From assembly GCA_951406725.2 (NCBI GenBank), contig OX597830.1, forward strand, positions 36,146,001 to 36,210,000: a DNA stretch of 64,000 bases, written 5' to 3'. Made by a program: the position numbers and the translations under genes. Origin of the DNA: Octopus vulgaris. Taxonomy: Eukaryota. Every line of letters begins with the position of its first letter. The first letter of the stretch is position 1. Shown piece by piece: positions 30,104 to 43,798 of the stretch. The notes below the pieces were generated by a model, which was not told the origin of the DNA, ran no database searches, and was given only the letters and a program-made list of their open reading frames with translations.

Positions 30104-31115
30104 GAGAGCCATAAACTGCAAATAAAACTTTACAACAATGTTTTGCAACAACCTAGTATGATTCCCTCTTGGCTAGTTAATGTTATATTCTTACTACCGA
30201 AGAATGAAGAAACAAATGAACCAAAAAATTATAGACCCATAACCTGCTTAACAACAATGTATGAAATGCTAACATTTGTCTTGACTGAATATACCTATAG
30301 TTTTCTAATAGAAAGTGGCATATTCCTCAATGAGCAAAAAAGATGTAAACGTGGGTTGTAAAGATCCACTACTCAACAATAAGATGAACTTGGAAGATTG
30401 TCACATACGACATAAAAACTCGCTGATCGCCTAGATAGACTATAAAAAAAGATTTTTGTAGTTTCCCTCATAGCTGAATTAAGAAATGTCTGGGAATGTA
30501 TAAAACAGCATCTGCTCTGCGAAACTTCTTCTCTGTAAGTAAGAGATCATGGAGAACCACACTGACTTTGAACAGTGACAATGAATCTCTCAATGCTGAA
30601 GATGTAAGAATTTCATTTGACATTCTCCAGGGTGACTCTTTATCACCGCTCCTCTTTTCTCTAACCTTCATACCTCTCAAGAAATTGCACGATGATGCAT
30701 AATATGGCAATAAAATGTTTGATAAAAATATAAATCATCTCATTTACATTGATGATTTAAAGCTCTTTTCGGAAAATGACTAACAACTACAGGGCTTACC
30801 AGCGATTGTTAAATAATTCAGTGATGACACCAGGATGCAATTTGGCCTCGATATATGTTCAAGGGCTACCTTTATCAAAAGTAAAACGAGAGAAACAGCC
30901 ATCGTTAATCTTGACCAGCAGAATGTCATAAAGGAGCTAGAACCAGCGGAGAGCTACAAATATCTAGTTATATTTGAAGGTGATGGAATCAAAAATGGTT
31001 GACAATACATAGAATGCACCACCCTAAGGCAGATATAGAGCGACTTTACCTGCCAAGAAAAGATGGTGGTCGTGGACTTTTGCAACTGAAATTAACAATG
31101 AAGATGGCTACAATT
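30103..31115 (+). pseudogene. R4/Dong-clade non-LTR reverse transcriptase fragment
   Basis: PSWL..LLPK..NYRPITCL, EQK, IDYKK, ILQGDSLSPLLF, INHLIYIDDLKLF, YKYL, HHPKADIERLYLPRKDGGRGL; contains stops and frameshifts; starts right after (TAA)n. Confidence 0.9.
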
Positions 31116-31139
31116 GAAAACTCTGAAAAACTCTGAAAA

Positions 31140-31480
31140 ACTTATTCTATCGGCCTCTTATACCGAACCGCTAGCTAACGGGGACGTAAACACACCAGCA
31201 TCGGTTGTCAAACGATGGTGGGAGGACAGACGCGCAAACTTATACACACATATACACATACACGCATATATATAAATATACATATACATACACACACACA
31301 TATATATATATACACACATTATATACACGACGTGCTTCTACATAGTTCTGTCAACCAAATTTTTGTTCAGAAGGCATTGATCTTCGCGAAGCTATAACAG
31401 TAGGCAATTATTCAGTATGCTATGCACTGGAATTGAACTAGAAACCACGCGGTTTCAAAGCGAACTTCCTAGACACACGT
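31140..31480 (-). mobile_element. Degenerate CORE-type SINE (family B)
   Basis: CCGAACCGCTAGCTAACGGGGACGTAAACACACCAGCATCGGTTGTC matches 48843-48890. Confidence 0.65.
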
Positions 31481-31880
31481 GTTGGACATATATATACGGC
31501 ATGTGTCTATGATACAATATATATGTAAATATATATTTATATGCAAATATACTCACATTATTATAAATTGAGAAACTCTCTAACTGGAATTGGTATGCTT
31601 TAAAATTCTCGCGAGACTCGTATGGAAATCGTCGGCAAATTTAATTTAAATTTTGATTCACCCATATATTTCTGTGCACGTGTGTTTGTGTTTGAGAGTA
31701 ATGTTTGTGCATGTTTATGTATGTAAGTATGTATGTGTGAGAGTGAGCTTTTGTAATCAGATATATGTCCTTGCGTGGGTGGGTGTGTGCATATATATAT
31801 ATATATATATGTGTGTGTTTGTGCGTGTGTACGTGTATATATATATATATATATGTGATGTATACATATATATATATATA

Positions 31881-31911
<31 letters not shown>

Positions 31912-31976
31912 ATGTATATGCGTACGTATATGTATATGTAAACATAAATATGTGTATATACATATATAGATATACA

Positions 31977-32031
<55 letters not shown>

Positions 32032-32324
32032 ATAAATGTTTGAAGGTACGTGCGTGCGTGCGTGTGTGTGTATGTTGTGTGTGTGTGGAAAGAGGGAAAG
32101 AGAGAGATGTTAATAACAGTTTAATGTCTATCTATCTATCTATCTATCTATCTACTTATCTATCCCTTTCTGTATATATCTTGAATGTCAACATACTAAG
32201 CATCGATTTTTGCGTGCGAGTATATACATATACGCGTGTATACATTCACACCCATATATATGCGCTCATGTGTTTATATGCGTGTATGTATGTATGTATG
32301 TATTTATGTGAGTGTGTCTGTGTA

Positions 32325-32360
<36 letters not shown>

Positions 32361-32365
32361 TGTGT

Positions 32366-32396
<31 letters not shown>

Positions 32397-32639
32397 CATG
32401 GGAACACACCTTATGTGTGTCAGGCAAAAGCGATAGAAAATTTTGTTCTGTTTGTTTAAGTAGTTTTTTGTAGAGAATTTATTTTTAAAATTCTTCTCAA
32501 ATATGCCAACTTCTTTCAATTCAACGATAAGAAAATGAGAGAATCAACAGAAAAACCATACCAGAGATTAAAAATATAAGAATTGTTGAACGGATAAGAA
32601 AGATGAGGATCATATGAGCATAATCACAGAAAGCGGCAA

Positions 32640-33201
<562 letters not shown>

Positions 33202-34039
33202 GATGAAGAAGGGGAGGAATTGCAAAAGAAGAAAACGTCGATGTTTTCTTCTAATACTTGATTAATTAAATTGAAAATAATTTATTGAGGTTATTTGGTT
33301 TTATTTTTTTTTTTTTTTGTATTTGTTGTTTTCCTGATTTGTTTTGGGTTTTTTTTTCTTTCAGAAAGGAACACGATAAGAAAATTAGGTATTAGTTCTG
33401 TATAATATTTTATATATATATTTATTTTTCTTCCAAAATGGCTATCAGTAGTTTTGTTTCTATTTCAAATTAAGAAGAATGTATTTTTGGATTCTTGAAA
33501 TATATTTTATTTATTTATTTATTTATGTTATTTCATTATAATTTTTGCTTTGCTTTCCCTTTGTTTATATTAATGGTAATGAACTCTTATCATTTGCTAA
33601 ACACTGATTCTTTAATAAAATTAGGTTTCTACGACACTCCTAACATTTATTTATTCTTTCTTTTTCTTTTTTTTTTTCTTTCCCTTTTGCTTTCTTCTTA
33701 CTCAGTTCATCACATCCCAGCCCATCCCAGCCCAGAGACACGGAGACGAGACAGACCAACCCAGCGCGGAAACTTTACATTTCTTTTCCTAACTTCTGAA
33801 ATTACTTTGGGTGTTTACTCATTTACCCAGTTGTTGCATCATTGAGTCATACTTGACATTCGATTTATTTTATTTCTTTTGTTTGTTTTTCATTTCTTCT
33901 ACTTTCACTTTCGTTTTTGAAATTTGCTGTTTCACAATCAAATATTTATCATATGAAACGGTCAAATAATTTGAGTTGTAACCTTAACACTGATTGGTTG
34001 TCCATAGTTACATTACTTATATATCATATAATTATCTTT

Positions 34040-34495
34040 TATATTTTACTTATTTCAGACATTGGTGTGCGGCCATGTAGGAGCATCACCTTCAACAATT
34101 TAGTTTAGTCGAATGAATTGACTCCAGTGCGCATTTTTTTAAATTTTTGTTCAGCCTGCTAATTATTCTATTGATCTTTTTGTCGAACCGGTAAGTTTCA
34201 GGTGCGTAAACATATCAACACCGGTTATCAAGCGGTGGTGGGACACAAACAAAGGCACAAAGTTATGTCCGCGCGCGTGCACACGCATGCATGCTTATAT
34301 ATATATATATATATATACGACGAGCTCTTTTCAGTTTCCGTCTACCAAATCCATTCACCGGGATTTGGTCGCCCGAGGCTATAGTAGAAGAAACATGCCG
34401 AAGGGACGACGCAGTGAGACTGAACACGGAAACATGTGGTTGGAAACCAAGCTTCTTACTTCAAGCCCAGGCCTGCGCCTTCACAGCCACGCCTG
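34040..34495 (-). mobile_element. Degenerate CORE-type SINE (family B)
   Basis: TTTCAGTTTCCGTCTACCAAATCC...CCCGAGGCTATAGTAGAAG. Confidence 0.7.
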
Positions 34496-34692
34496 TTCTT
34501 TATTAATTAATATATTTATTTATTTTTATTTATTTAGTTTTCACCTTCAGTCAATATTCAGCAGTTATACTGGAACCCCATAATTAAATATTTTAATCAT
34601 TTTCATTCCTCATTACGTATTTCAATTTCAAGTTTATGCAACCGATTCTGTTTATAGAAATGCTACGTTACATTTTGACGAGAAGGTACACA

Positions 34693-34753
<61 letters not shown>

Positions 34754-34899
34754 ATATATAAAAAGAAAGAATCTTGTGACAACACCCACCATACACACAC
34801 ACCAATGCGCACACACATAAATATACACATTCTGTATATGGATAATATACATTCAAAACCCTGAAATGCGTTAGAAATGCTAGACCAGACAGTCTTTGA

Positions 34900-35345
34900 A
34901 AGATTTTCAAATTGGCCCTTACGTAAAATATTGGTTTCAAATGAGGGAGTGGTAAATCGATTAGCACGATTCCAGTGCTCTCTTGGTACCGATTTTTATC
35001 GATCCCAACGGGATGAAAGGTGAAGTTGTCCTCTGCGGAATTTGAACTCAGGACGTGAAGGCGGACGAGAACATTTTTCTCGACGTACTAAAGGTTCTGC
35101 CATCTCCCCGCCTAGCCCTCTACATATAATATTCTTTTCTACTCTAGGCATAAGGCCCGAAATTTTTGGAGAGGGAGCCAGTCGATTAGATCGATCCCAA
35201 TATGCAACTGGTGCTTAATTTATCGACCCCGAAAGGATGAAAGGCAAAGTCGACCTCGGCGGAATTTGAACTCAGAACTTAAAGACAGGCGTAATTCGCT
35301 TAGCATTTCGCCCGGCGTGCTAACCTTTCTACCAGCTCGCCGCCT
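34900..35345 (-). mobile_element. Two adjacent SINE family A monomers
   Basis: About 34900-35112 (degenerate) and 35131-35345 (near consensus, ends in CCAGCTCGCCGCCTT). Confidence 0.8.
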
Positions 35346-35374
35346 TCCCCTAATTTAATATTAAAACTATGAAA

Positions 35375-35590
35375 ATCGGTGAGCTTGTAGAACCGTTAGC
35401 AGGCCAGACAAAATGCTTAGCTATATTTCGTCCGTCTATATGTTTTGAGTTCAAATTCCGCTGAGGTCAATTTTGTCTTTCATCCTTTCGGTGTCGATAA
35501 CTTAAGTACCAGTTGAGGACTAGGATCGATGTAATCGACTTACTCGCTTTCCCGAATATGCTGGCCTTGTACGAAAAATTCAAACCAATA
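35375..35590 (+). mobile_element. SINE family A monomer
   Basis: GGTGAGCTTGTAGAACCGTTAGC...GAGTTCAAATTCC...TTTCATCCTTTCGGTGTCGATAA. Confidence 0.8.
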
Positions 35591-36827
35591 TTAAAGCTGT
35601 GCCGTAAAGATGATGTTTTTCGCTCAGATACCAGCAATTATGCTAGCATTGATTAGTTGCTGACCAAGGAAGACGTATTACACAGTTGCGATTCTCGTTA
35701 GGTTTATGTTCATATATTCTGGGATGGATCTGCTGCTGTATTCAGTTCTCCTAGTTACTCCCTCTTTCTTAAAAACAAAAGAGAAGAACACGTTGGATAA
35801 TACCTATTCCTGGAAACACTATGTCTTTTAGAAAGATACTAAAAAAATCTTCACGGTTGAAAATAGATATGCATGCTTAAGTGCAGACAACAGCAAGCAC
35901 GAATTTTGGTTGATTTACAACGAGTTATTCAACTACTCAGTAAGACTTCGACTTTCGGGCATCAGCTAAGTCTCTCTGTACCTCTTTTCACCCACTGCTA
36001 TTGTGACTTCTGGTCTTCTGAACTAGTAACACACGTACCACTTTCACGTTCAATAGCTACCTTTCTCCTTTTCATCATCTCTACATTTTCTGACAACAGC
36101 AACCCAGCACTCAGTAATTTACTACGCACTCTTACTGATATCTTCTCACATATTACATCGCCAACATTGCGTTGTTTAGCCCTAAGCCAATCCAGTTTTG
36201 TGTGGACCTATCATAAAAAGATGTATTAGATATCCCTAGTCATCCAGTATTTTTTATTCAATGTTTCCTGTTTTATACGCCAGAGTGTGATGCTACAAAA
36301 ATTTAGCTGATGTTCCTAGCAGACCGTGTGCTTGCTTCAGTAATCATAGGGTGCATCCTGTCTCATGGTGTTTTTTTTTTTCTATCGCCACAAGTATCAA
36401 TTCACAGAATGCCACCGCCACGACCTCTTCGATGAAGGACGACTTATAAAGGTCAAGGTCATCTACCCTGCTCCTCTTCTTACTAATAAATGCTCAAGAA
36501 ATATTTTCTTCATTTCTCAACATTGCTCACTCTATCATCATCGCCTCTTCCAATAATTACTCCTTTGCTTTTCACTCTTTCACATTTTCTTCTCCGTCTC
36601 CTTCTACCTTCATCACATGTACACACTCAATTTCTCTCACTTCCTATTCTTCTTTCTCTCTTTTTCCTCTTTCTCACTCTCATCCATTCCTGTCCTTGCC
36701 ATTCAATCTCTCTTTGACACTTTCTATTTCATACACACTCCTCTCCCACTATCATTCTCCACTTCAGTTACTCCTCCTTTTTCTCTCGCCATAATCATCT
36801 CGATATATATGCATATCAACACAAATA

Positions 36828-36877
<50 letters not shown>

Positions 36878-37459
36878 TATTATACGCAGAGATTAGTTTC
36901 ACCATATTTCCTTCTTCCTTTTTTAATTTGTCGCACCAATTATTCCCCACCAACCCAGCATCTCCGTCATCAACATCTCTTTTCGCCCCTTTCCTCTATT
37001 TAATTACCTGTTTTTCGTGCTCTATTGCTCTATCGCTTCTCTCCTACTTAAAAACCTAAATTCTATTTAATTACCACACTAAGGTGAAGAAGACTTCTTG
37101 ACTTTTGCACCTTAAGGCAAAAAACTACCCCACAATAAAAAAGCAGCAACATAATCCCTAACACACAGTTACACAATTACACAGCCAATGTATCATTTCC
37201 AATTGTTTTGTTGTAGATTTAATATTTTTTAAATTTTATATTTCCTTTGTTATTTTTCAGTTGAATTTTGTTTTGTTTCATGCGTTTTACGCCCTAAATC
37301 TTTTCTGTTTATTCTGGTAGTTATTTTTTTTTTTTTGTATTCTTAATAAATTTCTTTTCACCCGAAGTGATTTAAAATTAACAGAGGAAATAAAATATGA
37401 AACAAACAAACACTGCAAACAAATAAAACTTTAAAATAACAATAGCAATAATAATAATG

Positions 37460-37541
<82 letters not shown>

Positions 37542-37939
37542 CAACAACAACAACAACAACAACGGTAGCAATAATAAATATTTAACAATTAAAATTTAAA
37601 CAAACATAGAAATAATAAACAATATATGATAAATTTATAAAAAAAAAAGAAAAACAAATTTCTTCCCATATTAACCTTAATAACAAATACTGCTTCCAAC
37701 ATCATTAACATCAAGAACAACCACAATGACAACAACTACAACCACATACGATAATATGTTACTCACACGCTGCCAACGTTTTACAATCATTAAAATAATG
37801 ATATAAATCTCAAAACTACAGCAAAAGACTGAAATATTTTCACACCCACATTACATTCGCTGCATCATGTTTCAAACACACAGATGTGTATGTATGCATG
37901 TATGTATACATGTATGGATGTATGTATGTGTACGCATAC

Positions 37940-38750
37940 ATATGGCTGTGTGGTAAGTAGCTTGGTTATCAACCACATGGTTCCGGGTTCAGACCCACTG
38001 CGTGGCACCTTGGGCAAGTGTCTTCTACTATAGCCTCAGACTGCCCAAACCTTGTGAGTGGATTTGTTAGACGGAAACTGAAAGAAGCCCGTCGTATATA
38101 TATATATATAATATTATGTGTGTGTCTTTGCGTTTGTGTTTGTCACCCAACCATCGCTTGACATCCGATGTTGGTGTGTTTACGTCCCCGTAACTTAGTG
38201 GTTCGGCAAAAGAGACCGATAGAATAAGTACTAGGCTTACAAAAAATAAGTCCTGGGGTCGATTTATTCGACTAAAGGCGGTGCTCCAAAGAAAAAGAAT
38301 AAAAGAATATATATATAACAATTGCAGCGTGGATATATATATACATATATATAGGCGCAGGCATGGCTGTGTGGTAAAAAGCTGGTTTCCCAACCATATG
38401 TTTCTGGGATCAGTAGCACCTTAGACAAGTGTCTTCTACTATAGCCTTGGGTCGACACAAGCCTTGTGAATGGGTTTCGTAGATAGAAACTGAAAGAAGC
38501 TCGTCATATAATTATTTGTGTGGGGAGAGTGATTTTGTGCTTGTGTTTGTCCACCACCACAGCTTAACAACCACTGTTGGTGTGTTTATGCCCACGTAAC
38601 TTAGTGGTTTGGCAATAAGAGTTCGATAAAGTAAGTACCAGTCTTAAAAACAAAAAAATACTGGGATCGATTCTTTCGACTAAAATTCTTCAAGTGCGTG
38701 CTATAGTATGGCCGCAGTTCAATGATTGAAAAAAGAAAAAGAATAAAAGA
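37940..38750 (+). mobile_element. Two tandem CORE-type SINEs (family B), about 37940-38305 and 38354-38750
   Basis: TGGCTGTGTGGTAAG (A-box), GGGTTCAGACCC (B-box), CORE-like GTGGCACCTTGGGCAAGTGTCTT. Confidence 0.85.
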
Positions 38751-38763
38751 ATATACAGAGAAG

Positions 38764-38855
<92 letters not shown>

Positions 38856-38889
38856 TACACAATAGAGTAGACACATGCGCACGTATATA

Positions 38890-39068
38890 TAAGAGTGTGT
38901 TGAAAAGTTCCTGGCTTTGGGAAAAGAAAATACGGGAGGATCAGTTAATTATGATTTTATTCAACATATTCCCATCTCAGATTCAACATTTATTGCAGCA
39001 GTCCTTCAGTTTTTCTAAGCCCTGTAAAAGAAGTTGGAAGGTTGGGTTTCCAAACAGGCATTTCGCGA
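38890..39068 (-). mobile_element. Mariner-derived MITE (same family as 12580)
   Basis: TGAAAAGTTCCTGGCTTT terminus. CAGTCCTTCAGTTTTTCTAAGCCCTGTAAAAGAA is the reverse complement of the shared interior. Confidence 0.6.
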
Positions 39069-39299
39069 ACAGACTCCACAGAGGTTGGTGTTGGTATTCG
39101 TCGGCAAGACTTTTATTTTATAGTAAAATCGATGAAAATAGTACAGTGAACTTCTGGGGAGTGTGAAATTCAACGTTTCAGAGAGAGCTTCGTCAGAGAA
39201 AAGTTGCAAGGAGAGAGATGCATGAGACAGCACTTTTAGTTATATAGGTATATACCTATGTATGACCACAAATACATACACGTATTTGCATATATACAT

Positions 39300-39351
<52 letters not shown>

Positions 39352-39375
39352 TGTAATATAAGAATTTTAATAAAT

Positions 39376-39424
<49 letters not shown>

Positions 39425-39878
39425 TACGACGGGCTTCTTTCAGTTTCCATCTAGCAAATCCACTCAGAAGGCCTTGGTTGGCCCGAGGCTATAGAAGACA
39501 CTTGCCCAAGGTTCTACGTAGTAAGACTGTAACCCGGAGCCATGTGGTTGGGAAAGCTGGCTTCTTAGCACACAGCTACGCCTGTGCATATATATATATA
39601 TATACATACATACATACATATATACATACATACATACATACATACATAAAAATATATACTCTCTACTCTTTTACTTGTTTCAGTCATTTGACTGCGGCCT
39701 TGCTAGAGCACCGCTTTTAGTTGAGCGAATCGACTCCAGGACTTATTCTTTCTAAGCCTAGTACTTATTCTATCGCTCTCTTTTGCCGACCCGCGAAGTT
39801 ACGGGGACGTACACAGAGCAGCATCGGTTGTCAAGCGATGTTGGGGGAACAAACACAAACATATACACACACATACAT

Positions 39879-39920
<42 letters not shown>

Positions 39921-40077
39921 GTATACGACAGGCTTCTATAAGTTTCTGTCTACCAAATCCACTCACAAGCTCGGTCCGAGGCTATAGTAGAAGACACTTC
40001 TCCAAGGTGCCACGCAGTGGGAATGAACCCGGAACTATGTGGTTGGTAAGCAAGCTACTTACTGTACAGCCACTCTT

Positions 40078-40081
<4 letters not shown>
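39425..40081 (-). mobile_element. Two CORE-type SINEs (family B), about 39425-39590 and 39657-40081
   Basis: GAGGCTATAGTAGAAGACACTT..CCAAGGT; CACTCTTGCGC is the reverse complement of the head. Confidence 0.8.
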
Positions 40082-40118
<37 letters not shown>

Positions 40119-40155
40119 CTTACATACATATATATATATATACACAGACACATAG

Positions 40156-40191
<36 letters not shown>

Positions 40192-40454
40192 TATCATTAT
40201 TATTATTGATAAAAATATTCTGTAGTCCCACAGTTGCAAGTTTCTGAAAGTGTGCGTGGGCACGTATGCCAGTACACGAAATATGTACATTCATTTTTAC
40301 TTATTATACATTAAAATCTGTATAAACACGTACATGCATACACACACACACCCACACATATATATATATATATACATATACATATACATGTATATATATA
40401 CATATACATGTATATATATACATATATATATATACATACATATATATATATTTA

Positions 40455-40498
<44 letters not shown>

Positions 40499-41141
40499 CA
40501 CACAAACCAATATATATACACACACATATATGCATACATAAATGTTTATTTATACAGACAATTAGACATAAACACGCAATTTACGCTGCGAATCATTCCA
40601 GCAAATTTTTCGATTACTTTCACTGTTTTGTACCGTTTTCTATGCGAACTGGTTCATACATAAATGTGAGGAATTTGTCATTAATAATAGAAATAGACTT
40701 TTAGCTCGGGGCTCATTTCATTGTATATTCTTGGAAACCTTATTAAGATTTTCTTCTTTTTTTTTCATAGTAGGGATATTTCTCAAACCAACCAACATTT
40801 TTGCAACCTCTCAATGTTTCGCCTATATATATATAATACCATTATTTCTTCCTCATCCCCTAGTGTCCAGAGAATTTTTTTTTTAATTCTAGCGTGATTA
40901 TCGTTCATTGTCGTTGTCATAATCTTCGTCATCATCATCAGGATTGTAACAATAATTATCATCATTATCATCATCATTATCATCACCAACATCACCCTCA
41001 TCATTTTCAGAATCATTTTCTCCATTTCCTTTAAATTCATAGTAACCCTTTCCTCTATTCCTCCTCCTCATCATCATCATTAATTTTGTAATTGTCATCG
41101 TCCTCTATGTCTTCTTCAGCTTATTATTATTATTATTATTA

Positions 41142-41227
<86 letters not shown>

Positions 41228-41228
41228 G

Positions 41229-41430
41229 AAGGCGTTGAGCTGTCAGAATCGTTAGCACGCCGGGTGAAATGCTTAACGCTATTTCGTCCGTTTTAACACT
41301 CTGAGTTCAAATTCCGCCAAGGTCGACTCTGCCGTTCATCCTTTCGAGGTCGATAAGTACCAGTGAAACACTGGGGTCGATGTCATTTACATATCCTCTC
41401 TCCCCAAATTGCTGCCGTTGTGGAAAAATT
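41229..41430 (+). mobile_element. SINE family A monomer inside (ATT)n
   Basis: AAGGCGTTGAGCTGTCAGAATCGTTAGC head. Confidence 0.8.
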
Positions 41431-41544
41431 CGAAACCATTATTATTTTTTTTTATCATTATTTTTTATTATTATTACATATCCTCTCTCCCCAAATTGCT
41501 GCCGTTGTGGAAAAATTCGAAACCATTATTTTTTTTTATCATTA

Positions 41545-41619
<75 letters not shown>

Positions 41620-41621
<2 letters not shown>

Positions 41622-42745
41622 TATACACTCAACAGATTAGACAGTTGGAAAAGAAAAGAATCTTCACATCGGGCTACATCAAGTAGCCTTAGATGCCAAG
41701 AACTCTCCCGTTGGGCTACAGCAAGTAACCTTAAATGCCAAGAAACTTCCTTAGTATCCTAGTTGTCCCTAATAACACTGACTATTATTGTACACTTAGG
41801 AATTCCAAATTCTATGTCTATATTTTTGCTGAAGTGTCTTACAGTCTGTATTAAGAAATCTATCTCTTTTCTCTTTTTCATTCTTACTAAAACGTTTCAG
41901 ATAATCCATGTAGAGTAATTGGTTAATTTTTCCGTTACTATTTCTAAACTGATATCCTGCCTTTGCCTTCCTTAATACGAAACTGGGGATTATCAAACAA
42001 AGGACAAATATTAAAGGGGATAACAAGAACCCTGGAAAATTCCTCTTTTGATATTAACTTTCCCCATGAGTGTGTCACCTGAGTATAGATCTACTTACCA
42101 TTTCTTCATGCTAGAGCTAATTAATTCTCTTATGTTGTCTGCTATACTGAATATACTCAAACATTCTCTTATCCATGAGTGTGGGATCATGTCATAGGCT
42201 TTCCTATAGTCTATCCAGCCTATTGCTAATTTTTTTCTTTCTAGCTTTTACTTCATTTGGAACTGCTTTGTCTATACATATAATATATCATGCGTTCCTC
42301 TAGCCTTCTTCATGCAACCTTTCTGTTCTTCTGGTAGTAATTTCTGGTTGTCAAGCTGCTCGTAAATGCTTTCTGAGAGCATTCCTGTTAACAGCTTCCA
42401 CACTAATGGTAAGCAAGTGGTTAGTCTATAGTTGATAGCTGTATTACCCTTGCTCTTATCCTTCATAATGAGTATTGTCCTCCTTCTAATCAGCCAATGT
42501 GGTATTTTTCCTCCATTAAGGCAATACTGAAGTTGTTCCCTCAGCTTCCCATGTAAACTACTAGATTTAATCCTTGAACTAAATCTGGTCTTGGGCCTTT
42601 CCAATTCGGTATTTTTCCTAGCACTTTACTCATTAATGCACTAGTTAATCTTAGATCTTGTTGCTTCTCATTCACTACTTCTTCTCTCACTTTCTTTAAC
42701 CATACTGCATCTCCATTATGTTTGACTGGTTTATTATTACATAAT
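41620..42745 (-). pseudogene. R4/Dong-clade LINE fragment: RT joined to the ORF C-terminus, 3' UTR and (AAT)n tail
   Basis: KIPNWKGPRPD, IPHWL...TILIMKD...NYRLTTCLPLVWKLLT, EQKGC, WIDYRKAYDMIPHSW, RGIFQG, NQLLYMD; then SVLLGTTRILRKFL* and the tail. Confidence 0.9.
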
Positions 42746-42817
42746 ACATACATACATACATACATACATACATACATACATACATACATACATACATACA
42801 TACATACATACATACAT

Positions 42818-43300
42818 GTACAAGTGAAGACCTCAATAAAATGTAAGAACAACAGACCTGATATAATGATTTGGGATAGAGAAACTGTGCAAAGCTGTGG
42901 AAATTAGCTGCCCAGTGGATGTTAACATAAAGCCGAAGATCAGTGAAAAAGAGAACACCTATGCTGAACTATTGAGAAAGCTACAGTTACTCTATCTAGA
43001 ATACAAGTTCAGGTTTATACCTGTAATTCTTGGGGCCCTGGAATATGTAACACACTGCCTAAATACCAATCTTGAGAAATTAGGCTTCTCAAAACCAGAA
43101 AGGGGAAAGCTAATTCGAAGACTACAGATCCAATCCATCACTGGAACTGTAAAAATTCTGTAAAACTTTCCAGAAGTTTATCATATATAAGTATGTCTAG
43201 ATATGCAAGTATAGGCATGAGAATACAGACCTAAAACATACAAATCTGCACATACATACATACATACATACATACATACATACATACATACATACATACA

Positions 43301-43336
<36 letters not shown>

Positions 43337-43456
43337 TATACAAATAAAAATGCCCTGTTGTTGATGTTGAAATTCCAATGAAGGAACCTTGGATCTTGGC
43401 TAGAAACCGATTCTTTCTCTATTGGCAAGAAATCTTGAAATAAACTGTATAATGAC
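42818..43456 (+). mobile_element. 5'-truncated non-LTR element with restriction-like endonuclease (REL), embedded in (ACAT)n
   Basis: NRPDIMIWD..EISCPVDVNI..K..EKENTY..L...FIPVILGAL...LQIQSITGTVKI. 3' end AATGAC|ATACATAC. Confidence 0.85.
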
Positions 43457-43496
43457 ATACATACATACATACATACATACATACATACATACATAC

Positions 43497-43798
43497 TTCT
43501 ATATCCGGTTTGCAAATTTACATTTATACCAATAATAATTGAAGCACTTGGTTTTCTAAATACCTAACTGTCAGTCTGGACAAGCTTGGATTTCCTTAAA
43601 AAAAATCAACCAACTGATTCGCACATTACAAATACAATCTATAAGTGGAACAGTAAAGCTATACAATATTTTTCTCAGATTTAAAATGTGACATTCTTTC
43701 GTTATCTACATTCCAAAGATGGAACTTTGTATCTTTGTTAGAAACTAGCTCCTTCTTCAGAGGAAGAATTTAAATGATTAAAAACAGAAGGGAGAGAC
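43497..43798 (+). mobile_element. Second, divergent REL-LINE 3' fragment in the same (ACAT)n tract
   Basis: Translates as LYPVCKFTFIPIIIEALG...LDKLGF...LIRTLQIQSISGTVKL with a different 3' UTR; ends in GAGAC|ATACATAC. Confidence 0.75.
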
